From the NCBI GenBank assembly GCA_043228905.1, contig JBHGNT010000020.1:7192001-7256000 (forward strand): 64,000 nucleotides of DNA, written 5' to 3'. The position numbers and the translations under genes were made by a program. The notes beneath the pieces are model-generated. The model had not been told where the DNA came from, did no database searches, and saw only the letters and a list, made by a program, of their open reading frames with translations. Shown piece by piece: positions 1 through 10,032 of this stretch. The DNA is from Azolla caroliniana. Its lineage: Eukaryota; Plantae; Polypodiophyta. The number at the start of each line of letters is the position of its first letter. Position 1 is the first letter of the stretch.

Positions 1-854
1 ACAGGCTTGCCATGTGTTGGCCGCCTTGGATGGTCAAGTGGGAAAGGTGGAGATAGAGAAAAGACAAAGGGACGATTATGACAAGCGAAGAAGACGGGTG
101 GGGTCGTAGCATAATGTTGAGAATCAAGCTCAACTTGTTATAGTGTGTGAACTCACCTTGAGAGTGAAGAGACACTCCAATGGTCAAGAGTCACCATTAT
201 GTCACCACTTTGTATTCTAGCATATAGTATGAGCCATAGAATCATATTCTATGACACATAACTTATGAGCTTTCACATTCCCCATGCTCCATGAGTCTTG
301 TAGTTAATGAAGAGAGAGGGTGACTACATAAAGCACCCTCCTCCCACCTTGTATAATGTTGAGGCTTTCTCCTTTGTCAATATACTTTTACCTTGCATGT
401 TCTGTGTTTCACTCTCTCTCTCTCTCTCTTACACACACACATAACTCACATCTCTTCCGCTTCACAAGAATCCATCTCTTGATTCTTTACACATAATAAA
501 GAGGGACTAACAACCATAGCGTAGGGACAACCAAATCGTAATTAAGATTTACAGAAAATGTACTGGTTCACGCGCTGAGCATAACCACCCATAACCCTGT
601 ATATAAAGGGCATGGAAAACTTGTAATAGAGAGCGATAATTTTGTATTCAACATCTGCAATATAGTTTCTGATTGCCCGACTCTTTGTGTTCTCCTAAGT
701 GTTAGTATCTATTCGTGCCAAGTTTATTTTCTCTGTGTTGAGCCATATACGTTGTGTGTGCTAGGGCGTAACAAGCCGGTTGTAACCATCTTCCTAATCT
801 CCACAGTGTCCATGCAACACTTACGAGTCCAGTGTATAGTCACCCATATCACGG
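1..854 (+). mobile_element. LTR of family H (host element, 5' end outside window), interrupted by a solo LTR and by Gypsy A1
   Basis: Colinear with 24195-24660; TATA-like ccctgtatataaaggg near 600; continues after A1 at 8841. Confidence 0.7.
115..491. mobile_element. Solo LTR (377 bp)
   Basis: TG...CA ends, imperfect TIR tgttgagaatcaag/cttgattctttaca, 5-bp TSD CATAA (110-114, 492-496); absent from the homologous H copy near 24290. Confidence 0.85.
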
Positions 855-1259
855 TGTTGTGAAGATTTTCGGCAATAGTATGAAAATCCCATAAAACGTA
901 CAAAATCGAGTATGAATCACATAATACAATAATTGTGAAGATAACATTTTAAATAAATTTAGTATCTAAGTACAAAATGATGGAGGTTTCGAATGCACTT
1001 TATTAAATGAGAAACAGACAACTAAATGTCAAGATATGAGGGTATAAAGATTGTGAAAGGAAAAGAGAAAATTGTGAGATATCCCACATAGGCACGACAA
1101 ATACGGCTCTCATCATATATAAGGTAGAGCAAAAGTTATTATCTTTGTGTCTATGTGTGGAGCATAGAGAGTTCAAGGTAACTTGAACTAAGAGTGGAGG
1201 TGGTCTAGCTACTCGTAAAGGGTTTTGGCCAACCAAAACCGGACCGACGATGGAGCTGG

Positions 1260-1465
1260 TGATCCGGCGGCATCCGGCGCCAGTGAGACGACGGCATCCG
1301 ACGAGGCATCGGTAACCGACGACATCCGACGCCAGTGAGGTGACGGCATCCGGCGGCAACCGGCGACGAAGAGGTGACGGCATCTGGCGCCGGTGAGACG
1401 ACGGCATCCGGCGAGCATCCGACGCCGGTAAGGCGACGGCATCCGGCGAACCAACGTCTGGTGAC
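1260..1465 (+). repeat. GC-rich minisatellite (GGCATCCG core, ~24-bp period) in A1 5' LTR U3
   Basis: Repeated gacggcatccg cores; differently arranged versions at ~8120-8265 and ~57275-57460. Confidence 0.85.
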
Positions 1466-1514
1466 TAGATAAATAAATATATAAATATATACACATATAT
1501 ACATATACAAGGAG

Positions 1515-1580
1515 CACAAGTAAAGATTCGAACCTTGCACCTCCGAGTTAGGAGTCAATTGGCTTACCATTAAGCCATGC
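1515..1580 (-). promoter_or_regulatory. tRNA-like Pol III A-box/B-box module in A1 5' LTR (antisense)
   Basis: Minus strand TGGCTTAATGGTAAGCC ... GCAAGGTTCGAATC with tRNA-like spacing; also at ~8308-8375 (-) and ~57160-57225 (+). Confidence 0.7.
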
Positions 1581-2040
1581 CATTTAGTTGAATTTATATT
1601 TCTATCATTGTACTTTTACATGTAAATTCTCATACATGAGAGCTAAAATGAGTGACATAGTTATCATGCACCACATGTAATACATAAGCGCCAAATGGCA
1701 AACATGCATTTTATGCATGTCTTGTACCCTCACATGCATCATACGCATGAGAGCATCTATAAAAGAAGGAAGGGGGAGGAGAAAAAACACGTTTTTTTTT
1801 GTTATGAAATTAAGAAGAAGAAATTCGTTATCAAATTGATCGTGTAACTTGTTTCTTAAATCCAAAGATAAAAGTTCAATCAATCTCTCTCAATGGTTTA
1901 ATCTCAACTTCTCTCTTTCCCAATCTATCTTAAGTACTTTCTCGATAAAGCTTGCGCCAAAGCTTGTACCGACTTAGAATCCTTCCGGAGTTCCTCCTCA
2001 CGATCTGCGCGGAGTGACGGATCTTCACGACATAATTAAG

Positions 2041-2057
2041 TGGTGAACCCGACGTGA
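2041..2057 (+). promoter_or_regulatory. Primer-binding site, tRNA-Trp
   Basis: TGGTGAACCCGACGTGA, complement of plant tRNA-Trp 3' end, 8 nt after the LTR. Confidence 0.85.
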
Positions 2058-2099
2058 AAGAGGCGGTAGGAAGGATCCAGTCGAGATTAATACTTGGAG

Positions 2100-4298
2100 A
2101 TGGCGTCCTCAAGCAACCAAGCGGGAGAGCTCGAAAGGATGATTCTAATCATTGAGCAAATGATGAGATCTCGGGACAACGACGCGAGCGTGGAGAAGGC
2201 TGTCGATCGTGTCGTAGAGCTCGAGGGCCAATTCGATGGAAGGAACGTTACGAAGTTCCTTGATGCATATAGAAGGGACATGAATCAGAGGGACGTGTCT
2301 GAGGCGCGTCAAATCGCAAGCTTCAAGAGAGTTGTCGCCAACAACATCCAAAGATGCGTCATCGAGCTTCAAGAAGGTAAGACAATATGGTCTGAGTTCG
2401 AGAAAACGATACTAGCGGAGTTCGTGACTGAAGGCTCAACAAGGATGACTCGACATGCCCTGATGAAGTGGATAGAGAAGAAGAATAAGAAGATGAGTGT
2501 CTCGAGGGTGTACGACGAATTCGACCAGATTTTTAGTCATTTCCCCAACACACACCAAGTGTTGCTTGAAGAGGACAAGACTTTGTACTTCTTGAAGGCC
2601 GTGGACATAAAGGATAGACGGGAGTTGGGGACTCTTCTCGAAGATGATACCCAAGCAAATGGGCTCGTAGCGGACTAGATCGCGGTGAAGCGGGCATGCA
2701 ATAGGCTCGACAAGCGTTGCCAATGGGTTGATGACACCGACTTGATGGGATCGACTACCACGGAGAAAGCATGACCGCCGAAAGTAGCTGAGCCGCCAAG
2801 ACAATGTAACGTGGAAAAGAAGAAGATTGATGATGACATCATTGAAGAGCTAGCGAAGAAGTTCGAGAAGGTCACGCTAGCCAACATGAATCGTCGGGGC
2901 CCTAAAGGAAAAGAACCCTTTAGATGCGTGTGGTGCGATAGAATGGACCACATGAAAAGGGATTGTGTGAGCCTTCGAGAGGCGATTCTACAAAATATCG
3001 TATACATAGAGGACAACATGATCTGCTCAAGTGAGACTAGAAGACCCCTACGGGTGAATTTCGGAAGAGGAGGAATGAAGAAATCTATGGAGGATGCCAA
3101 TGCGACTCATGTGGATGCGATGCACTATGCTGCGTCGGCCGGAATAAGAGTCGGAAAAGACAAGACTGAAGTTGCTAGAGCGGGAGCAAAGTTTTGGACT
3201 TCCGTTCTCGAATATGAGAAGAAGGGAAAAGTCACATCGAATGAGGTAGAGCTTGCGGACCGAAGCGTGCAAAGCATAACCGGGTGGTTGGATCCGGTGG
3301 ACGACAACACCATACTCGCAGAGGTGATGTGCGACAACCACGAGGTGTTCGTCGAAGAAAAGAGAAAGAGAATAGAAGAGCAAGGCCCATCAAAAAGACA
3401 TGAAACAAGGAACGCGAAAAAGAAGGACGATGGGGAGACGAGTCGACCTTTACAAACGGAGGAGCGAGAATCAAGTCGAAAAGGGGAGCTGAGCATACGA
3501 GTTGAAGAAACGGTTCGGCCTGTGAAGGTTGGTGTCGAAAACCCCGCTCGGAGGACAAGGACTATACCTACCTATAAGCTAAGGTCGGACATAGAGCAGA
3601 CGACGGACCTAAAGAAGATTCGTGAAGAACGAGTTCTTGATAGCCACGTAACTTTGTCCTTGAGGGAATTTCTTGGCATTACGAAGAAGGAGTTCCATGA
3701 CACGATCGTGGACCTTGTAAAGAGAAAGAGACAACAATCGGATGAGGAAGAAGAGAAGCCGCAAAAAGCAAAAACGAATGCCATAACGATGGCAAGAGAC
3801 GAAGTCGATGAAGATATGGTGGACAGCCACTATACTCGACCTCATTGGGCACGAGCGACAACGAAGACGCTGGTGAAGATCGGGGAGAAGAAAGAGACTG
3901 TGGTAGCCTTGATCGACCACGGCTCGGAGATCAACCTCATGTCAACCGACTTCTACAAAAAAGGAAGATGGCCAATCAATACAAACCACGGATGGAAGAT
4001 TCGCGCTGCAACAAAGTCTACGGAGGACTTGTACGGAGCTTGTCCCAATATCAAAGTCACAATCGGGGATGTGGAGATGGATCAACACTTCTTCGTACAA
4101 GAATCGGCGTCGCATCTTATCATCCTAGGGCAACCTTATATCACATCATCTCGGATGGAGACCAAAGTGTTCAATAATGGAGCAGCCTTCGCGCGAATAA
4201 AGAGTCTTGACAACCAAAGATCGGTCCAATTCCTAACGGTGCGAGCCAATCATGAAAGGAATCGAGATAGTCTCAGAGGCGAATCCTCGGATTTTTAG
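2100..4298 (+). pseudogene. gag: A1 gag-protease (in-frame stops)
   Basis: CVWCDRMDHMKRDC zinc knuckle; ALIDHGSEINLM aspartic protease motif; homologous to A2 ORFs. Confidence 0.9.
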
Positions 4299-4352
4299 AG
4301 CGGACTATTGAAGCATGGGGCACAAATAGTCCGAGCAATCACAAGACCCCAC
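4289..4352 (+). promoter_or_regulatory. Putative -1 ribosomal frameshift signal (G GAU UUU plus pseudoknot)
   Basis: Heptamer just before the gag-PR stop; pol is in the -1 frame and open across the junction; stem CGGACTATT/AATAGTCCG; conserved in A2. Confidence 0.75.
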
Positions 4353-7300
4353 AAGAAAGAAGAGTGCGTGAATTGCGAGGAGAAGCAACATGTGTCACAC
4401 CTAGTGGCGCATGTAAACTAGTACTACCCGACAAGAAGCACAAGCACCGGATACAAGAATTCGAGAAAATGCTGAAAGAAGAGAACATAATAGAAGAAGG
4501 AGAGTTCGTGACTCATATTATGGAAGAAGCCTCATTTAACGACACCATCGGCGAAATCGAGGACGTCGTGGACTTGAGCTATCTTCACAACTAACGCGTG
4601 ATTTCGGTTAACTCCGTCAACATGTACGCTATCATCGATGAATACCGTCGTGGCATCTCGATGAAGGAAGCTGACATCAACACGAAATAGAAAACGGTGG
4701 ATAAGAAGATCAAGCCAGTTGCGGTTCCGCTACCGGAAGATAGCTGGCAAAAGATGAAGGAAGTCACTAACGATCCAAGCTTAAGAGATCCGAAGAAGAT
4801 AGGTCATGTCTTCACCAAAGAGACGAAGGGGAAGCTACGAGTTGGAAAGGAGGATTTCCTTCTCCCTGAAGAGGAGCGAATGTTTCGCGATATGCTTGAG
4901 AGACATGGGAAGGCTTTCGCATTCTTCCCACGAGAAATCGGATGCGCCGATCCAAAGGTTATAGAGTCGATGGTGATCTTCACGGTGCCTCATGTGCCTT
5001 GGAATTTGAAACCGATACCAGTTCCGAGAGCACACCTTCCGAAGCTGATTGAGCTCTTAAAGGAGAAGGTGAGTATGGGAATTCTAGAACCGTCGAATGC
5101 TCCTTATTCCAATAGGTGGTTCACGGTGCCGAAGAAGAATGGATCATTGCGATTCATCCAAGATCTTCAACCCGTCAACAAGGTGACAATTCGAAATGCC
5201 GGAATCGGTCCGAGCGTGGGCGAATTTGCCGAAGCGTTTGCGGGCCGGTCCATCTACTCCATTGGCGATCTCTACTCCGGATATGACCAATTCCAATTGG
5301 CGATCGACAGTCGGGACATTACAACCATGAGGACTTCGATCGGGCTTGTGCGGATGTGTACCTTACCCCAAGGCGCAACGAACTCGGTGGCTCATATGGT
5401 GAATGCCATGAATAAAGTCTTGAAGGATTGCATCCCGAACATCATGATGCCATTCTTGGATGATATTCCGATAAAAGGATGTTCGGATGAGGAGAAAGAT
5501 GAATCGAAAGATAAGCAAGGTTGTAGAAAGTTCGTTGCGGATCATATGAAAGATTGCGAGAAGGTGCTTCAAAGGCTCGAAGATGCGAATTTGACATTTT
5601 CGGGAGAAAAATCGGCATTCGGGCAACCGGAGATCTTGGTGGTAGGTCACTTGTGTGGAGCATACGGCCGGAAGCCCTCGCCATCCAAAGTGAACACAAT
5701 CCAAGACATGAAAGAAGAATGCGAAAACCAAACGGAGGTTCGAAGGTTCCTTGGAGCGTGCGTGTTTTATCATATATGGATTCTTCACTACGCTCATGTC
5801 GCCGAACCGTTATATGGACTACCAAAGAAAAGAATGAAGTTCGAATGGCGAGATGAGCACACAAATGCGATGCGAAGATTAAAGAAACTAAGGAAGGCCA
5901 ACTATGCCAAAGGGAAACCAATTTACGTGACCGTAGATACGAGCCCAACCGGAATCGGGTGGGTCATCAATCAAGAAGGTGAAGATAATGCGCGATATGC
6001 CATCCGGTTCGGAGCAAAGGTTCTCAGCAAACGACAACAAAGATATGCCCAAGTCAAGCGGGAACTTTGGGGTATTGTGTCGGCAGTGAAGACGGACAAA
6101 GATTACCTGATCGGGTCAGAAGTGATAATAGAGACAGATTGTCTCCCAATTCTCGGAATGGTCTCGGGATGTGTGACCCCAGATCTTGCTATGTAAGGTG
6201 GATCGCCTACATCAATTCTTTAAACCCAGAGATCCGTCACATTGCAGGGAAGAAGAACGCCATGGCTGACATGCTGTCGAGGGCAAGATTTTCAAATGGA
6301 AGTAACATGGTTTCAGAAGATGAAGATGTCTCCCTCGACTTCTTCAAGATGGCTCAATTGTCGGCGGAAGACCAGGACACGCAAACCCTCCACGCCTTCA
6401 ACGAGAACGAGTACGAAGGAGAGTGGTTACTCATCGGTAGATTCCTAAGAACATTGACGACAGATGCTTCGTTGACAAAGGAGGAGGCCCTATGAATCCG
6501 AAAGAAAGCTTACCGATACTTCATGAACATAGAGGAACATGGGCGACGTTCGAAAAGTTGAAGGAGAAGTACTGGTGGCCAAGCATGTACAAAGATGTAC
6601 TCCATTTCGTGTCCACATGCGAAACTTGCCAAATATATTCAAATATACGTCATCGTGATGAGTTACAGCCGACATACCCACTCACCATACACTTCAAATG
6701 GATGGTGGATCTGGTCTCGATGCCAATGGGAGTGGGACAAATGAAGTACTTAGCGCTGGCAAGGGGAGACTTGACAAATCAAGTGGAAGGACGAGCCTTG
6801 ACAAATAAGACGACTTCAGCCGTTTGCAAATTTCTGCTTGAAGAGGTTGTTTGCCGATATGGATGTGTAGGGAAGATAGTGGCCGACCGAGGGGAGTTGG
6901 ATGCGCACGAAGCAACGGAGCTATTCGAAAGACTAGGCGTGAAGCTCTCCCTCACAACTGCCTACAATCCGGAAGCGAATGGGAAGATCGAGCGAGGGCA
7001 TGGAGCTATCGTTAAAGCCATCGTACGGGCATGCAACGGTCGAGTCGGGAATTGGCCACGACTATTACCCTATGCCTTGTGGGCCGATAGAACGACACAT
7101 AGCTCAGTGACAGGGTATATGCCGACGGAGCTTATGTATGGACAAAAGCCGATTATGCCCATCGAAAGGATGATCGCCTCATGGGTAGCGATACCGTGGA
7201 AGAACGACATGAGCCGAGAAGAGTTATTAGCGGCGCGGATAAGGAAACTTGAAAGAAGACCTGAAGATTTAGAAAAAGCGCGAAAGATGATGGAGGTAGC

Positions 7301-7643
7301 CCGAGTAGAGAACAAAGTTTGGTTCGACAACACGCATCGACTTCGTCCCAAGAAGATTGAAGAAGGGGATTGGGTTTTGGTTTACGACAACACCCTTGAC
7401 AATCAACACAGTACAATAAGGAAGTTCGCAAGAAGATGGTTCGGGCTATATGTGGTGACAAGTGCCAACGATAATGCCACATACCACCTTGCGGAACTAG
7501 ACAGATCAAAGTTGGCCATACCCATTGCGGGAAAAAGAGTAAAGATTTTCAAGAAAAGACAAGACAAGGATCCTGACCTCGATCACCTCGACGATGAACA
7601 TAATAGAGCGGATGTAAATGAAGACATGGAGGAATCTAATTAA
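4289..7643 (+). pseudogene. pol: A1 pol (RT-RNase H-integrase), stops and small deletions
   Basis: KKNGSLRFIQDLQPVN, LPQG, PFLDD, VDTSPTGIG, YWWPSMYKDV, TAYNPEANGKIERGH motifs. Confidence 0.95.
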
Positions 7644-7715
7644 TCGTTGTAGCCGAAATCTCACTTTCTCTCTTCTTGGCACGTACCGGAGGACGTGCGG
7701 TTTGGTGGGGGTGGA

Positions 7716-8840
7716 TGTCGTGAAGATTTTCGGCAATAGTGTGAAAATCCCATAAAATGTACAAAATCGAGTATGAATCACATAATACAATAATTGTGAA
7801 GATAACATTTTAAATAAATTTAGTATCTAAGTACAAAATGATGGAGGTTTCGAATGCACTTTATTACACGAGAAACGGACAACTAAATGTCAAGATATGA
7901 GGGTATAAAGTTTGTGAAAGGAAAAGAGAAAATTGTGAGATATCCCACATAGGCACAACAAATACGGCTCTCATCATATATAAGGTAGAGCACAAGCTAT
8001 TATCTTTGTGTCTATGTGTAGAGCATAGAGAGTTCAAGGTAACTTGAACTAAGAGTGGAGGTGGGCTAGCTACTCGTAAAGGGTTTTGGCTACTCGTAAA
8101 GGGTGGGATAGAGCCGTTGATCCAGCACCGGTAACCGACGGCATCCGACGCAGGTGAGGTGACGGCAACCGACGGCATCCGACGCCGGTGAGGTGACAGC
8201 ATCCGGTGGCGGCACTAGTATCGGGCGGCAACCGGCGATGGCATCCGGCGAACCGGCGTCCGGTGACTAGATAAATAAATATATAAATATATATACATAT
8301 ACAAGGAGGGCAAGTAAGGATTCAAACCTTGCACCTCCGAGTTAGGAGTCAATTGGCTTACCATTAAGCCATGCCATTTAGTTAAATTTATATTTCTATC
8401 ATTGTACTTTTACATATAGATTCTCATACATGAGAGCTAAAATGAGTGACATAGTTATCATGTACCACATGTAATACATAAGCGCCAAATGGCAAACATG
8501 CATTTTATGCATGTCTTGTACCCTCACATGCATCATACGCATGAGAGCATCTATAAAAGAAGGAAGGGGGAGGAGAAAAAACACATTTTTTTTGGTTATG
8601 AAATTAAGAAGAAGAAATTCGTTATCAAATTGATCGTGTAACTTGTTTCTTAAATCCAAAGATAAAAGTTCAATCAATCTCTCTCAATGGTTTAATCTCA
8701 ACTTCTCTCTTTCCCAATCTATCTTAAGTACTTTCTCGCTAAAGCTTGCGCCAAAGCTTGTACCGACTTAGAATCCTTCCGGTCCAGAACCCCGGCGGTT
8801 CCGCCTCACGATCCGTGTGTAGTGACAGATCTTCACGACA
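7716..8840 (+). repeat. A1 3' LTR
   Basis: Preceded by PPT tggtgggggtgga (7703-7715); TG...CA ends. Confidence 0.95.
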
Positions 8841-9294
8841 ACAGTTACACCGTACTGTCTCATTTCTGAACCATGATTCCCTTGAAACCAAATCGCAAAG
8901 GACATAGAACTTGGCACAGTGTCACATTGATCGGTAACACATTTGGCACGCTAGGAGATCTATGACAAGCACAATTGAACATTGGGAATGGATGTCGTCT
9001 AGCCGCAAAGAACCAAATCTCAGAGGTAAACCCAAGACTCGAGTAGAATCCCGAAAGGCAGTAGAGCTTGCTGTGGAAAAGTCATGCCTCGACAACCAGT
9101 TACTAGATCTCGACGAAAGCGTGTTCGAGTTCACGCTCAACGAGTAGAGCTCGAGTGGTCAGGAGGTCCTCTCCCCATTGCACCTGGTCATTGAAAGCAT
9201 GAGTAGCACTTGTGAGACAAACCTCCCACCATTTCTGATCGAGCCCGCCTTCTTCGTTTTCGATTTTGGACATTGACTTCCACTCAGCTTATAG
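8841..9294 (+). mobile_element. Family H: LTR end (~8939), PBS-like TGGCACGC (8944) and internal sequence
   Basis: Homologous to 24660-24900 (…gtaaca + 4 nt + tggcacgc). Confidence 0.65.
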
Positions 9295-9372
9295 TGTTGG
9301 GAGATAGGTCCCTCTGGATGGGAAGGGAGAAGAACAGTGCTGATGAACAATGCTTATATTGCCTCGACCGAA

Positions 9373-9534
9373 ACCGGATGAGGAGTACCCGGCTACGGAG
9401 AGCCGAATGGTGCAGACTTGGTGAGAACCGGATCAGGAGTACCCGGCTACGGAGAGCCGGATGGTGCAGACCCGGTGAGAACCGGATGAGGAGTACCTGG
9501 CTACGGAGAGCCGGATGGTGCAGACCCGGTGAGG
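9373..9534 (+). repeat. 54-bp tandem repeat x3 in B1 5' LTR
   Basis: Units start at 9373, 9427 and 9481 (accggatgaggagtacccggctacggagagccggatggtgcagacccggtgaga). Confidence 0.9.
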
Positions 9535-10032
9535 AGTGCTCACCGGATGAAGAGACATATTCGTAAATATGTTTCTGAGAGTCCATCATGGCCATATTTG
9601 TAAATAGCCGAAAAGTCATATTAATATAAATATGACTTAGGGCAAACTTTTAAGTGGTTGTTATTCTTGTTGGTGCAAGAAGAGAGAGAGCGCGTAACCG
9701 TGTAAAGAGAGAGAGAGAGAGAGAGAGAACGAGGTCGTTGCCTCTGTTGAAACCGCCGCCTGTGGCGAAGATCTGAGCACGAGGTCGTTGCCTCCGTGAA
9801 CTCACAGTTGTACATTCTAACATAGTGATAGTTTGCAGCCTGTGGGCTGCCGTGGTTTTTTCCCTAGTTTTGGGTTTTCCACGTAAACATCCTGTGTACC
9901 CTTCTCTTCTTTGTGTCGTGCATTTATTTCCCGTTTTTCTGTGTATGATTCTAAGCTCGATTGTGGCCGAGCGTTGGGTATATGGAGCGTGCAATTCCTG
10001 TCAAGTGGTATCAGAGCGAAACGACACAGAAA

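Larger units (their letters stand above)
855..2032 (+). repeat. A1 5' LTR
   Basis: TGTTGTGAAG...CTTCACGACA; direct repeat of 7716-8840; TATA ctataaaaga near 1757. Confidence 0.95.
855..8840 (+). mobile_element. Ty3/Gypsy LTR retrotransposon A1 (non-chromovirus, tRNA-Trp primed), full length but mutated
   Basis: LTRs 855-2032 and 7716-8840, PBS, PPT, gag-PR then RT-RH-INT order, 4-bp TSD ACGG/ACAG. Confidence 0.95.

Noticed and set aside
1003-1883. ORFs within A LTRs (e.g. MIELLSLDLRNK..., MPSSHRRQ...) and their copies at 7864-8677 and 56518-57509
   Set aside because: They recur only because the LTR is repeated; low complexity, no domain, frames not kept between copies.
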